This document shows, one piece after another, positions 39,700 to 51,800 of a stretch of 64,000 bases of DNA; position 1 is the first letter of the stretch; each line of letters opens with the position of its first letter. A model generated the notes under the pieces. It did no database searches. It saw only the letters and a program-made list of their open reading frames with translations, and had not been told where the DNA came from. Location: positions 1,922,001 through 1,986,000 of the forward strand of contig JAYWIR010000015.1 in the NCBI GenBank assembly GCA_036172245.1. The letters are read 5' to 3'. The position numbers and the translations under genes were made by a program. The DNA is from Raillietiella orientalis. Lineage: Eukaryota.

Positions 39700-42600
39700 T
39701 TCGAAGAGTTTCGGTTATGTTGTTGAGAAACTTTGGCCGATCAGGAGTTACGGGCGAACAGGAAAATTCAGGAGGAGCTCTAGATGGATGCCTTCTCAAA
39801 TCACGCTTGCTCTCTGTAATCACGCTTTTCCCATACCTCTGCATTCCAACATAAAGTGTCCAAGGTAAGGAAACTTCCTCAGATGAACAGCTGCGTTCTT
39901 GGAATCTTTGGAAATTTCCGCGAGCTCTAAAAAACGGCAGCAACGGCAGCAGTTGGTTCGTTCCAGCCGTTTCGGTACAAGCGCTGTGGTGGCAGACGAA
40001 TTCCTGACAAAAGATGATCACACAGTTTTGATAGGAAAATAGCCTTGCCAGACAAAGAGCACACACCGTCGTGTGAGGAACCTCATCTCTTTTTCTGGCA
40101 GTCTACAGCCCGCAAATTGCAAGACGGAAAGGAAGAAACGCTTCATATACCGGTCAAAGAGGCCACGAATTCCGGCTTTGTGTTTGACAGAAGGACCAGG
40201 GATTCTTGTTATCTGTGCGCAGATTGTGGAATTTGTAAATCTTTTCGGCTACTCAGCGTTTGCAGCCACTGTGGAAGAATAAGCTAATAGGAGACTGCGA
40301 AACCACTTGATGTCATTGAATCTCTCAGGAAAGTGCGTACAGAAAGAAAATGCGTTCCCTGCTTTATTAACTGGCGTTTGCGCAGGCCAGCCATCGAGTA
40401 GAAGCTTATTTTGGAAGGAATTAAAAGGATGAAAATTTCATTAGGATGCAGTAGATTGGTTAAATCATGGGAAGGAGAAAACTCTTTATTTTGGAGCACA
40501 CGAGTTGAGGACATGGAACTACTGTGCACATAACCCTTTCAAAATCGACCATGATGATTGCTATTGGTGTTACGCGATGACGTAATTGGAACTCATGCAC
40601 TCACTGGTATTCAAATTTCTTTCCATTTTCGACCAATAAATTCATAATTCTGTATTGAAGAGGATTTTCGAACACAGTGCAGCAAAAGGCTTTCGAATAC
40701 TTTAGCTTGATTGCTGTTGTATTTTGTACATCACATTTCATACTCTTAAAGTCAGATTTTGATGCTCGTAGTTGTAGGGATGTAACCTTTGAACGTTCAT
40801 TGGATACTGCTCTAACAAAATAACTACAGAATTATTTACCTATTTCGTCTACCAGCTAACATTCAGTAGATTATGATGAAAACAAAAAAACAACTTTTTG
40901 TGATGGAAACCAGAAAATTCTCCACACCCAATATGCTCTACTGTGCTCTAAGAAATACAGAAGTAGGATCAAAGGAACATTAATCATCGAATGCCCTGAA
41001 GCCTTCATGAAGCAATAAATTCTCAAGACCTAGAAGAGAACATTTGTTTTGTCCGAAATATCAGAAGCAGCGGAGAAATGGAAATGAGAAACGCACGCCC
41101 ACAGCAGCAGACTGAAAGTCAGATTTTATCTACTACTCTGGAGGGCAATGCCATAAGGAACTGGAAGTCTTGTGCCTCAAGAAATCACGCGGATTGTTTT
41201 CCAGAACGCTCCCTTTCTATCAAGAAAATTCCCCAAATTTTATCATCATGACGACGACGTCGGCAGAAAGGGAGGGCTGAGATGTTAAAATGGAAAATTA
41301 CACTGTGCAGAATGTGATGTTACTCTGGAAAACCGCGCACAGAGAGGTCAGCTACAAAATTCGGAGCGAGTCGCAAGAAAAATCTCATGACGTCGGAAGC
41401 CACAAGTCGCTGATTGTGTCTTGATGAAATCAGGTCAAAATTGACTTCCGTTGAACACAAACCTCGAGTGGAAGCCGTTTCCAGCTCCCACAGCTCAGCC
41501 AAACACGAGAGTTCTCGAGATGGCTTTCAGCGACAAACGATCATACGGCTGCAAGAAGATACGGAGGCAGTCAAGGTTGGTAGCATGCTGAGATCATGAA
41601 TCCTATGCAGAAGCAATCTACGCCCGCAGCACAGATGCTTCGGGTGGTCACTTGACCTTTCTACACAGAATAGAACCAGTGTTGAATTCGTCTCTGCGGT
41701 TGCCTTTGATTAATCCAAATCCTGCTCAACGCATCAAATGGAAGAGGATCACTACTCAATTAATTAGCTACTTCTCCATTATTCAAGCCTAAAATCTTCT
41801 ATTTTGCTTCAAAAATAGCCAATTTTTCGATTTCAGTCCTTATAGTAAAGATATTCTTTGCTACGGTGGCTCCGGAAGTATTTCGGTTTGCTAATGGTCT
41901 TAGATCCGGATGGCATGTACAGTACACTAATAGTTTTCATAGTTTGGGTTGTTAATGCTGCATTATATTCCTAATTTATTGGTCGTAAATAAAAAGAAAT
42001 TTGAATATCAGCGAGTGCATGAGTTCTAATTACGTCATCGCGTAACACCAATAGCAATCATCATGGTCGATTTTGAAAGGGTTATATGCGGTGACCTTTC
42101 CTCCGAAAATCTCTCATTAATGCTTTCTGGTGTCTGATGCCCTCACAGGCTTGAGGTCTTGGACGTAACTCAAAGATCTGGAACAAACGAATAACCATTT
42201 CCAAAACTTGACTGATTTCTCGTTTTAAGAACTGACCACTCAAGATACATTAGTAACACAACCATGGGTTTTCTGCAAGTTTTTTAGGAATTTAGATTTT
42301 TTTTTTGAAATCTTGCTGCCTGTGCTCGCAGCACCGATCCTGGATTCTCAGCGACTACGAAGTGTGCCTTCGATTACACTGATAATTCACGATAATTCAT
42401 GAGAATGTGTCTTGCATTTTCATGAAGGGCACATGAATTTTGATCCATGACCTGAAACAACATAGCATGTACGCATGGTACACAATCAACTGCAGCATCT
42501 GAATGCTCTCAGACATTCGTCTAACAGTTCACACTGTTTAAAGATTTCTTGTCTGAAAACTGACGGCAAGTTTTGATGAATTCATTCTTTTGAGCGATGC

Positions 42601-42700
42601 AAAGCTTTTCAGGGGAAGCTCAGTACACTTTCATATAAAAGTTCATCCCGTAAAAAGTTCAGCTCCATAGCAACGGAAGTTCATAAATTTCCGATGTGAA
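39700..42700 (+). pseudogene. I/Jockey-like LINE RT relic interrupted by the insertion at 40534-42081
   Basis: Left of the insertion: RNLISFS..KTER, NSGFVFDRRTRD, LFGYSAF. Right: TATGCGGTGACCTT (YADDL lacking one base), DALTGLRSW, ISKT, SFLGI. Confidence 0.65.
40534..42081. mobile_element. Non-autonomous piggyBac-like DNA transposon with ~110-bp TIRs
   Basis: CCC...GGG termini; first 54 nt of the two TIRs identical, similarity continuing to about 110 bp; flanks ATAA and TTAT (TTAA-like); internal plus-strand IECPEA and HCAECDVTL resemble piggyBac C-terminal motifs. Confidence 0.8.
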
Positions 42701-43059
42701 ATAATCTTCGAAGCAAAAAGAAAGCCACTTTTCATAACTGCTTTTTTTGTTATAAATTTCAATAGGGAATAATAAATAAGTATAGTCTGCTTCTTGGAAT
42801 AAGTGAATGATTCTCTTAACTTTAATGAAAACAGTGAAGCTGATTCACTATCTCACGCTTAATGTATTGATTGATGAACGGCAGAAATAAGCGCCTAGCA
42901 AATGGCATGGAGACCACATCATTGATGCGAGAAAACTTGTGAAAAATACACAAAGGAAAGACTAAAAACGAGTCGAAGCATCCGAAGAGAGTTCCTTAGA
43001 AGCAAGCAAGTGTGATGGCGCTTTCCTGCGGCTAATAGTAATGATAGCAGTCATGCTGA

Positions 43060-44600
43060 GAGTCTTTCTAAAACTCATGGAAAGTTAATTGTGTCATTTC
43101 TCATCTCCACAATCCTCCGTTCTTCGAATGTGAAACCGGACGTCTCAAAAAGTTCACCGTTCGGCTTGACTTCTCGAAAGGCCGTACGCGTGGTGTACGG
43201 CCAGTCCTGCGGGAGGAACGACAGGTAACTCCTCTCGTTCGCCGCACATCCAGACGATGGAGTCAGCCAAGTTTTGACCAGGGTTGCGAGTGAAACGGAA
43301 GGACCAAAAGAAAAACGCGCGAAACAGCTACCGACACATTTGAGAGTGTTGCTTTGAACACAATTGTCCGTGCGAACAAAACGCTTTGGCAGCACAGAAT
43401 TAGAAAACCCAGATGTTATCGTGGCTCTTGCTCCACAAAATATGGACTCCAAAATGCGGATGGTCACCGGTCTAAGAGAAAATCCTTCAGGAAACGCCAC
43501 AGGGAAAAACTTTTGAACTGGATATTCCTCAAGGAGGTAGATTTCCAAGTGGCTGGTGACTGTTTTGAACTTCTGAATTTGTAGAGACGAAAGCGAGCAC
43601 TGCTATGATGCTTCCGCTTCTATTTTTTACTTCATCAAATGGACAGAAACATCTGGACAGCCCTGTTGCCAGTTTGCGGAAACACCTAACGATGCACCAC
43701 GTCGAAACCGATTGCCCGAACGCTCTTCTACAGGACATTGGAATCAGATCTTGCTGCAGCTGCGTTCAACACTCGTACATAGTGGAAGGCTCGAACTCCG
43801 TTCGAGGCTGCAAAAAGAAAAGCAAACTGCGATGTACACTCATTATCAAATGGACACGAAGAACTGAACCGGAGGGAGAGACAGCAGCCTTGAAACCTTC
43901 CCTTAGGATTCAGCCGAACAGCTCTGTTAAACGCTATCTTAGATCTAGAAAGTGGATTCAGAAATCCGTAACTGGTGTTCGAACCACGTGCCAACTCTGT
44001 TCTGTTCCCAATCTCGTGCCTCTGAGCTTTCGGGAGAAGAAGGTGAATAGATCATTTCCGCAACCACGACATGTCCTAATCCACGCAGTGCTCCTTTAAT
44101 GCTAGTGGTCTGGATTCGTCTGGAAGCTGCGAACTCAATTCATCCAGTGCTCTGGATGCTCTCTTGAAGCACGTTACATAAAGGGGGCAGAGAACGTACA
44201 TGGACACATTTCGTGCACATCGGTCGGAGCATCCTAGCAACCGGAATCGCAAAAGGCGTTGCTAATCTTGGCAAGGGTTCATTTTGGCACACGTCCCTGT
44301 GGTGTAAGCGCAAGTCTGCACCAAGTTGTGCATGCACGGTGCACTAATTCGTGAGCTAAGCATGTGTGCTCCGTATGCTCCCATAAGAACACGGAACAAA
44401 CAGTGCACGCGCCCCTTTTCCCTACTGCGTGCTCAAAAGGGTGTGTTTCAGATAATTGGGGACAATTCTCCCAGCCGACGACTCAGTTTGTCAACCTCCT
44501 CCGATGTGAATACGAACTCTCAAGAACTCTCAGGAACTCTCAAGACATCGGAGACGTAAATAACTCACCATCCATCGAGTTACGATCCTGATGTTCATTT
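43060..44600 (+). pseudogene. Ty3/Gypsy pol relic (RT end, RNase H, integrase)
   Basis: DDGVSQVLT (DAS..G.GAVL.Q), FGSTELE...VAL, DGHRS...KLLNWIFLKEVDFQV (TDH...RL.RW.L.LQE.DF), then integrase-like residues (RPFSLL); RH-INT order as in Gypsy. Confidence 0.7.
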
Positions 44601-44719
44601 TCGCATGCGCATTATCCTTAGCGTGCGTTTCCTACGAGCTGTCCATTGATGATTGACACTTCTGCACTTCTGATCTTTTTTTCTTCTCTTTTTTCCTCTC
44701 TTTTCACCACCAGTTCTCC

Positions 44720-47040
44720 AGAGCTATGCCGATGGCGCATGCTCGAAGCGCTCTCCTGCGAAAGAACTATTTCTTTTCCTTCCTCGACCCGACAAAGAGG
44801 CTTTCCGAAAAGGTAACAGCCTTCCTGGAAATCGAATCATCTTCTTTCATAAATTAACCAGAAGTCACATGGATCTCACTTTTCCGTCAGGGTCGCCTTC
44901 ACATGACGGAGCCTCCGGGAAACTTCGCGCCACCCCTCTGGCTTGTTTCTCTGAGAGGCAGTGAGAAGAGGCAATCAAACAGGAACTCGACCGTTCCCCC
45001 TTTTGGATGCGTGAACGTCACCCAAGCAGTTTCCCAGGAAACCGCGCGGTGTGGCTGGCCCCGCGCTTTCTGCGAGGATTCAGCGAGGCGGACTGCCGAA
45101 AGAAGGCACGAAAAGACCCCATCCGCGCGGGAGGGGCAGAACTGTCGAAAAGGGCGCAGCACTGCCGCGATGCCGGCAACAGCGGAAGGAAGCAGGCCGG
45201 AAGAAGGGACTAAACTCAATGGCTGCAATGCTAAAATAAGGAAGAGGCTCTCGGCCGCAAAGGTCGCGAGGCATTCTCCTTGGTTTGGGAGGATGCGGAA
45301 GAGTCGCTTTGGAATTCTTTCCTCAGTTTCCGAGCGAGCAGCCTCTTAGCTGGTGAGCAATTTCGTTTGTCTTGACGAGCGAGTGAGCAGGACAGATCTT
45401 CAGAAATCCTGGGCTACGACCCAACAGAGCTCCTGGGTTCCAGCTGGCGGAAACTTCCAGGGAACCCGAATATCCAAGCATTTGATCGAAGCGTGTCCCT
45501 TCGCCTGGGAGGGGGATTTCATTGCTTTATCGAGGATCCACACGACACTCAATTGCTGAACTACCTCCGGTCCTGGTGCCGAGGTGCCGGTTCGGCAGGG
45601 CATACAGCAGGGCGACAGCCTGAGTCCCCTGCTCTTTAGCACCTACTTTGAATTGGTGCTGAGAGCGTACAAGGCGGCTTTGGCTGCCTTGCCGAGCTCG
45701 TGCCCCGGCACGCCTGCTGTAGCAGCATACGTAGACGATCTTCTGCTCTTGTTGCCCATGGCCGCCCCCGGCTTCGGCAGTCGAGGATTTCTTCGATCTG
45801 CTAAGCCGCGGGACGGGACTGCGGGTGAACAACGCAAAGTCGTCGGTGGTGGCGGTTGTTGAGACGTGAGCTGGGCGGCCTGACTGGATCCGCTTGGGGA
45901 TCCCCACGGCCAGGTACCTGAAGTACCTGAGAGTCCCGTTGGGGGACTTCTGCCCGTCGGAAGCCTGGTCAGGTCGTCTCCAGAAGGTAGAGTTGGCGAT
46001 CGGCCCGTTCCTGGAAGGCAAGTTCCTCTTGCCGGAAGATGGCCGCAAGGTGGAACGCGTTCGCGGTCTCCCTCCTCCGCCTCCTGCTTTTTGCTTGCCT
46101 CGTCCCCCCCAGTTGAAGAAGCGAACCAAGGACCTCCTCCGTATCTCCCTTTGGGGCAACGGGAGGCCCCGAGTGAAGCTACAGGATTTATGCGCTCCGC
46201 GTCGGGACGGCGGTCTCGGCCTCCTGACGATGGAGCGCTTGGAAATCCAGCTGCGATGGCGCACCGTGGCCATCTCAGAGAAGTTTTGGAGCACCCTTGG
46301 TGCGTTCCGGCCGCCTCCTACTTAGCCGTGTCTCCAGGACGCAAGGACTCGGGTATCATCTTCTGTGCCCCGGCCGGAAGATCAGATGCTTCCTTCTCCT
46401 TGGATGCATGGCCACACTGATCAAGGAAAACGGCTGGATAGCATGAAGGACGAAGGGGAGAGTAAACCCTGAGTGTGCCAGGTGTGGGTAGCGGAAGTCC
46501 CTCCCCACCTGATAGTTGACTGTTCTGCCCTCCTACCCCTGTGGGAACGTTATGGGACGACTCTTGGGATCCCGGTTGGCGGCAATCCCAGAGACGTTTA
46601 CCGCCTTCCCTCCGTGAGGGACGCCCTGCAGTCAGCTGCAGCCCTGGCAGCAATTTGCTGCATCCGGGGGATTGTGGCGGCCTGGAGTGAAGCTGAAGAT
46701 GAAGACGCCAACGAGAGGGGCGTCATCCCGTATGCTGTTCGCTTCCTGCAGAGAGCTACCGGATGGCCCCAGCTGGGTAGAATGAAGGACCTCGAGGGCA
46801 TATTACAAAGGATGAACCCCCCTCTTAATGGTCAGTGATCCCTTCCTGGCCCTCCAAATTCTTTTTTTTCTGTTATTGTTTTATTTTTCTTTTTGTTTTT
46901 TCCCCCATCCCCTTCCACTGCCGAGGAGAGTCACGCTGGTCTGTGCCCTGGCGTCCCGGTAGGTCCTGAGAAATGTTGGCCGTTAGTGGGGCCTTGTACC
47001 ACGTTTTGTAATGACCTTAGGGAGAGTTTGAATAAACGTT
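44720..47040 (+). pseudogene. Tx1-like LINE family A, best-preserved ORF2 relic with 3' UTR
   Basis: VRQGIQQGDSLSPLLF, AAYVDDLL, LKYLRVPLG, LCAPRRDGGLGL, HLIVDC..L..LW, stop at 46838, T-rich tract, stem-loops, AATAAA at about 47031. Confidence 0.9.
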
Positions 47041-47176
47041 TCGGCGTATCCGGGTGGCAACGCCTCGGAGGGGGGAGGAAGGCACGGCAGCTCGCGGGCA
47101 CGAGACCAGCGCGGTGACTTAGCCTCAGACACTCAGATGGTGCACGCCGAATCCAAGAATGCGATTAGAAACAGAC

Positions 47177-49269
47177 GCGGGGCGGCGACACCAGTAGGGA
47201 GTTCGTGAAAACTCGCGATTCCCTCAAGGGAATGGCGTACGCTCCGGGAAGGACTGGATCCTCGTACCGCTTCGGGAGCTGCATCGAAAGTAGAGCTGCT
47301 AGGCACCGAGGGTCGCGATGGTGGGAGATGAGTCTCCCTGCACCGCGTCATCAGAATGGCAGAACTCCAGTGGATGAGCGAAGAAGAGAAATCGGAAGCA
47401 CTCCATCTGCTCTCCCGGAAGAAAACTTTCAGCCCACTCCCGAAGGGATTACGAGCAGCAAAGGAAAGCACTGCGTCGTGCTTGTCCTGCCTTTGAAGGG
47501 AGAACCATGGAATTGGATGGCGCGACCTCCGTGTCCCGAATCGCCTAGGGCACTTGCCTGAGACAAAGAAAACCTTTGCATCCGGAGATGGCCGACATTC
47601 GCCAGACCGAAACGAGAGGGAGCGACCTCTGCAGAAGGCACAACCGACGAGGAGCGGAGGGGGAAAAAGCAGCAAATAAGCAGTCAATGAGATGAATCGG
47701 CCTCGTGATGCTCAAGGCGATTCCTGCGGGTATGTGTCGGTCAGGAAAGAAACGGTGGAAGAGAGTCGCGTTCATCTGCCGCACGATCGTCCGAGAGTTC
47801 CCCTACATCCTGCATCCCAGACTGGGTCATGTCGCGGTCGCCCCACGTCCCACATGGAGATCGCTAAAGGCTCCTCAGGGTCACGCCGCCACACCCTTCC
47901 TCCGTTTTGGCAGTCCGCTGCTGCCAGCGCACGCGGCGGAGAGTTTCCGGCGAAGAAAGCAACCGGAAATCCCAGGGAGGCGGGCATTTCCTTGAAGTCA
48001 GATGCGCCGACACCAGGGTGGTCTCTGCAACGCGTCCCAGCCCACGGCTCGGCGAACTGAGGCAGGTCCAGAAGCTGACCGGAATCAAAGAGCTCGCCTC
48101 GCTGTTCTCCTCAATAGCATCTTCCCAGAGACGCAGGGATGCTGGCTGCAATCTTCAGCACCCCGATGATGGCTAGGAGGAAGGAATAGGAGGTACACGG
48201 AGCCCCGGCACAGCGTCTTCAGGCATCCCGAGCTCCAGGTGTCTGACGGCCGTCGGGAGCGGCGCGCAAGCGGTCCCCCATACGAGCCCCGAAAAGATGG
48301 AGGGTGGAATGGTTGAGAGCAACAAGAGTGAGAGGTTGGGTCCCCTGAGTCCTGCCTCCGAGATGCAGCCTTCCGCGCGTCTAGGAAGCACGTGCCGAAG
48401 TGAGCTCTACTGTCCCGAAGGGGAAGCACTCTTTGACGCACTCTTCCCTCCGAGGCATAATGATTTCCTCGTTTCGGAGGAGAGTTCCGTGCACCGACGA
48501 GATGGCAGTCCTCTGGGAACGCGAAGGAAAGACGGAGGCGTTATCCCGGAAGCACGTGATCTCGAAGTTCCCACGGAAAATGCCCTGGGCCTCTTTTGGC
48601 GCGGCTTCTCCAGTCTGAGAAGTTGGCCATCGAGAGATGGCTCGGCGATCTTCGTTTATCTCTTCCCCTGTGATCTTCTCTGGACAGGGAGGAAATTCCT
48701 GCCGCATAGGGCCGTGCACCAGCACACCGTGCTCGTCGGCGAGAGCTGGATTTTGTGCAGCCCCCCAGGAGGTGGTGCGGCGCCACGACATATCCGCGAA
48801 CAGGCAGGAGCTCCAGAAATGGCCTCCTGGGAGTCTCTGGAACTCTTGGGCAGGAAGAATTCCCGCGCAATTGAAAAAAAAAAAAGGGGGGGAGGGAAGG
48901 AGCACTTTGCAACGCAAGGTGCTTCCATTTCTGATCGCCTGTCTTTTAGGAAACCTTCACGCTCCGTCCCACCAAGCTCCCGCGCGGGAGAGGCGAAGGA
49001 ATCGGGAAACCGCCACACCGACGGGAGCGGCCAGGATGGAACGCGTAGGCACGGCCGCGCTTTGCTCGAGTGATTCGAAAGAGAGCGGGGCGGCAGCACC
49101 GGTAGGGAGCTCGTGAAAGCATGCGATTCCCTGAAGGGAATGGCGCAGTCCTCCAGCGGCCGCCGCTCCGGGAAGGACAGGATCCCCGTACCGCTTCGGA
49201 AGCTGCATCGAGAGCATAGCTGCCAGGCACCGAGGGTCGCGATGGGAGATGCGACTCTCCGCACCGCGT
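47177..49269. repeat. Pair of diverged ~170-185-bp direct repeats (47177-47348; 49085-49269)
   Basis: Shared GTAGGGAG.TCGTGAAA...GCGATTCCCT.AAGGGAATGGCG...GGCACCGAGGGTCGCGATG. Confidence 0.85.
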
Positions 49270-49759
49270 TTCCACGTCACACCCCTCCATTGGGAACCAA
49301 AATATGACTCATTGCAGAAAGGCTGAGGTCAGCTTTCCCTACCGTGTGGACAAAAAGGCAAAAAAAAATAAAACAATAATAATAATGCCCGGTTCATTTT
49401 TCTCCCGCCGTCGGCGTGCCGATTAAGCGCCTCTCCGGTTCACTGAGTCAGCAGTGGCTGCGCTACGTCACGCGTCGCAGCAAAGAAAACCTCCCCCCCC
49501 CCCCACACACACACTCTTCCTTACCCCCGAACGAAATGGCGAAGCAAACGCACGGAGGGGGACGACTTGGCATGAGCTCCGGTACAATCATTCTCTACAA
49601 AATATTGGAACATGCCGACAGTCCATACAGGGTGCAGAGTGCACTCCAGGGTGACCCAATCTTTCTTCCCTCCAGCTTAAACACCGATGCATTCTTTCAA
49701 TTCTTCATTTGGCATTCCTTCCACCAGTTCCCCGAGGTGAACCTCACCGCTTAGTCAGC

Positions 49760-50163
49760 TGGCCTATCTCACCAGCTCAGCAAGAACCCTTCGGACTTGG
49801 AACTGCGTTGGGTTCCAATGACCCCCGTAGAAGATCGAACCTGAGTTTCGGTAAGTCGTGAGTCTCGAGTCCCCCCACGAGATGACGTCGAGATGGCGCG
49901 GGCTTAGGGTGCACATCGGTAGGGCATTCGCAGCTGGATGCCCCGTCGACTAGCCGCGACTTGGGAGTGGACACCCTTCGAGGTCTCCGCCCCACGCGCA
50001 CACATCGGGCGCGCGTGAGCGCAAAAGCCTTGTGAACCCCACGTTGACCCCACACGTGGCAGCGCTGTCGAGCCGCACCGACGTCCCCATGGGGTGAAAC
50101 AGAGGTTTCCTGAGTACTTGGCGAACCAAAAAAAAAAAAGAAAAGCGAAAGAAAAAAAAAAAA
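49760..50163 (+). mobile_element. tRNA-derived SINE, copy 6 (short, no minisatellite body)
   Basis: GTCGTGAGTCTCGAGTCCCCC segment shared with the other copies; tail GTACTTGGCGAACC(A)n. Confidence 0.55.
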
Positions 50164-50379
50164 ACTGTAAGAACTGGAAGGACGTGGAAAGTAGCAAAGA
50201 TGAATCGGGGTGCTATCACTCCACTTGATCCAGAGCAACCATCTCCTCGTGGGATCGCTACTCACCTTCTAAAAAAAATAATAATAATAACAGTAAATCT
50301 TTAGACTCAGTGCAGGACCTAGTGTTTTCGTCTGCATCTTCATTTCTTTTGTGTGTTTGTTGCGACAAGAACAGCTCTG

Positions 50380-51245
50380 TAAGATCGGTTTCAGCGGAAG
50401 AGACACAGGCGCAATCTGGAAGGAAAGAAGAAATCCGCCAAGGAGACGCCCTCAGTCCGATACTATTTGCGATCCACATGGAGGTGCTGTCATCCCTGGT
50501 CGATAGACACGGCCGCCTCCAAGGAATCACCGCCGACGGCGATCCGACTGGCGTATGCGGACCACTTCTTCCTTGAATACGAGAGGAATCATCATGCGTT
50601 CTTCGGTGTTGCCCGTCGTGATCCTGGATCTCTCCACGTGGACGGAGCTGGGATTCCGGGTAGTGGATGAGCTGGAGTGCCTGGGAATCCGCATCGGCGA
50701 TGAATCCACTCCGCGCTTCCAGTGGGAGGAAATCCTAGGAAGAGACAGAGAGAAAATCACAAAACACGTCCGAGTGGACTCCAGCGCCAAGCAGAAGACC
50801 AGTCTATGGGACGGCGTGCTTCCTCCCAAGGTGCTCTTCGTGGCCGAGTCCTGCCGGATGGACAAGAGGACGGAAGTAAACAGCTGCAGAGGAAGATCCT
50901 TCGGAGAGAGAGCAAGTCACAGGCTGAGATGAAACTTATATATGCCGCCTGCGAGAGGAAGGTGAGACCGACACGAAATCGCTTCAGCAATCCGTGGAAA
51001 TCGTGAAAATTCCTGGACCTTACCAACAGCTGGGAGCAGTGACCACACGCGGCGCACAGGGCCTACTCCAAATCGGTCAACAACTCGAGAGGCTGATATC
51101 AACCCTAATGGACAAAACATGGGGACTGGGAGAACATCGACTCCACGTGAAAATGAAAACAGGCACTGGTGGTGGCTCACCAGCTGAAGGCAGTGCTAAG
51201 GTGCAAGGAATTGTGGGTAGGAAAACTGACCATGCCGACTCCCCA
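50380..51245 (+). pseudogene. Tx1-like LINE family B, RT relic
   Basis: IRQGDALSPILFAIHMEVL, LAYADH, LECLGIRIG, WEEIL, CKELWVGKLTMPTP. Confidence 0.85.
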
Positions 51246-51249
51246 AGTC

Positions 51250-51800
51250 GAGCTGCCCCCCGTCCCGCCCGGCAGTGGACCGCCCGAGGCAACATGTCTT
51301 CTTCCGGAGGCGCTGCATCGGAGCTCACCGTCCGCGGGAGCACGGGAAGGGGACCGCCGCCGCGCGTCGCGTACTTGGGAGGGCAGCTCCCGCCCTCCCG
51401 CTCCCTTTTCGGGAAGAGGAAAGGGGAAGAAGCGAGGAGTTGTCCGTGACGCTGGCACGTGGGATGTGGCCGCCGCGTCAGCTGGCTGTCCGGCCGTGAA
51501 ATGAGCGCAGGGGTGTCGAGGACCCTACCCCCAGTGACCTCGCACGAGGCACGAAAGGAATGGAGTCCCTCTGGTATTGGTCTGCGTGAACTGCAGTTCC
51601 AGTAATCGGGAGAGGAATCTTCCTCCCGCGGGGCGATGACTTGAATGCGGGCGACCTCTCACGTTCGTGAGCGGGAAGGGCGTCCTAGCATCGGGAGGTG
51701 TCTGTGAGTTGCTCTCTGGACCAGAGTCTCTTCTCCCGAGCTCGTGGAGCGAGGGTGTTCGTGGTCCTTCGTGGTTCAACAGCCTCGGTGAATTTTCAAC
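51250..51800 (-). pseudogene. L1/Tx1-like ORF1 relic
   Basis: ELPSQV...DGELRCSASGRRHVASGGP resembles IPS.....GQ...C..CG..GH.A..CP. Confidence 0.4.
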
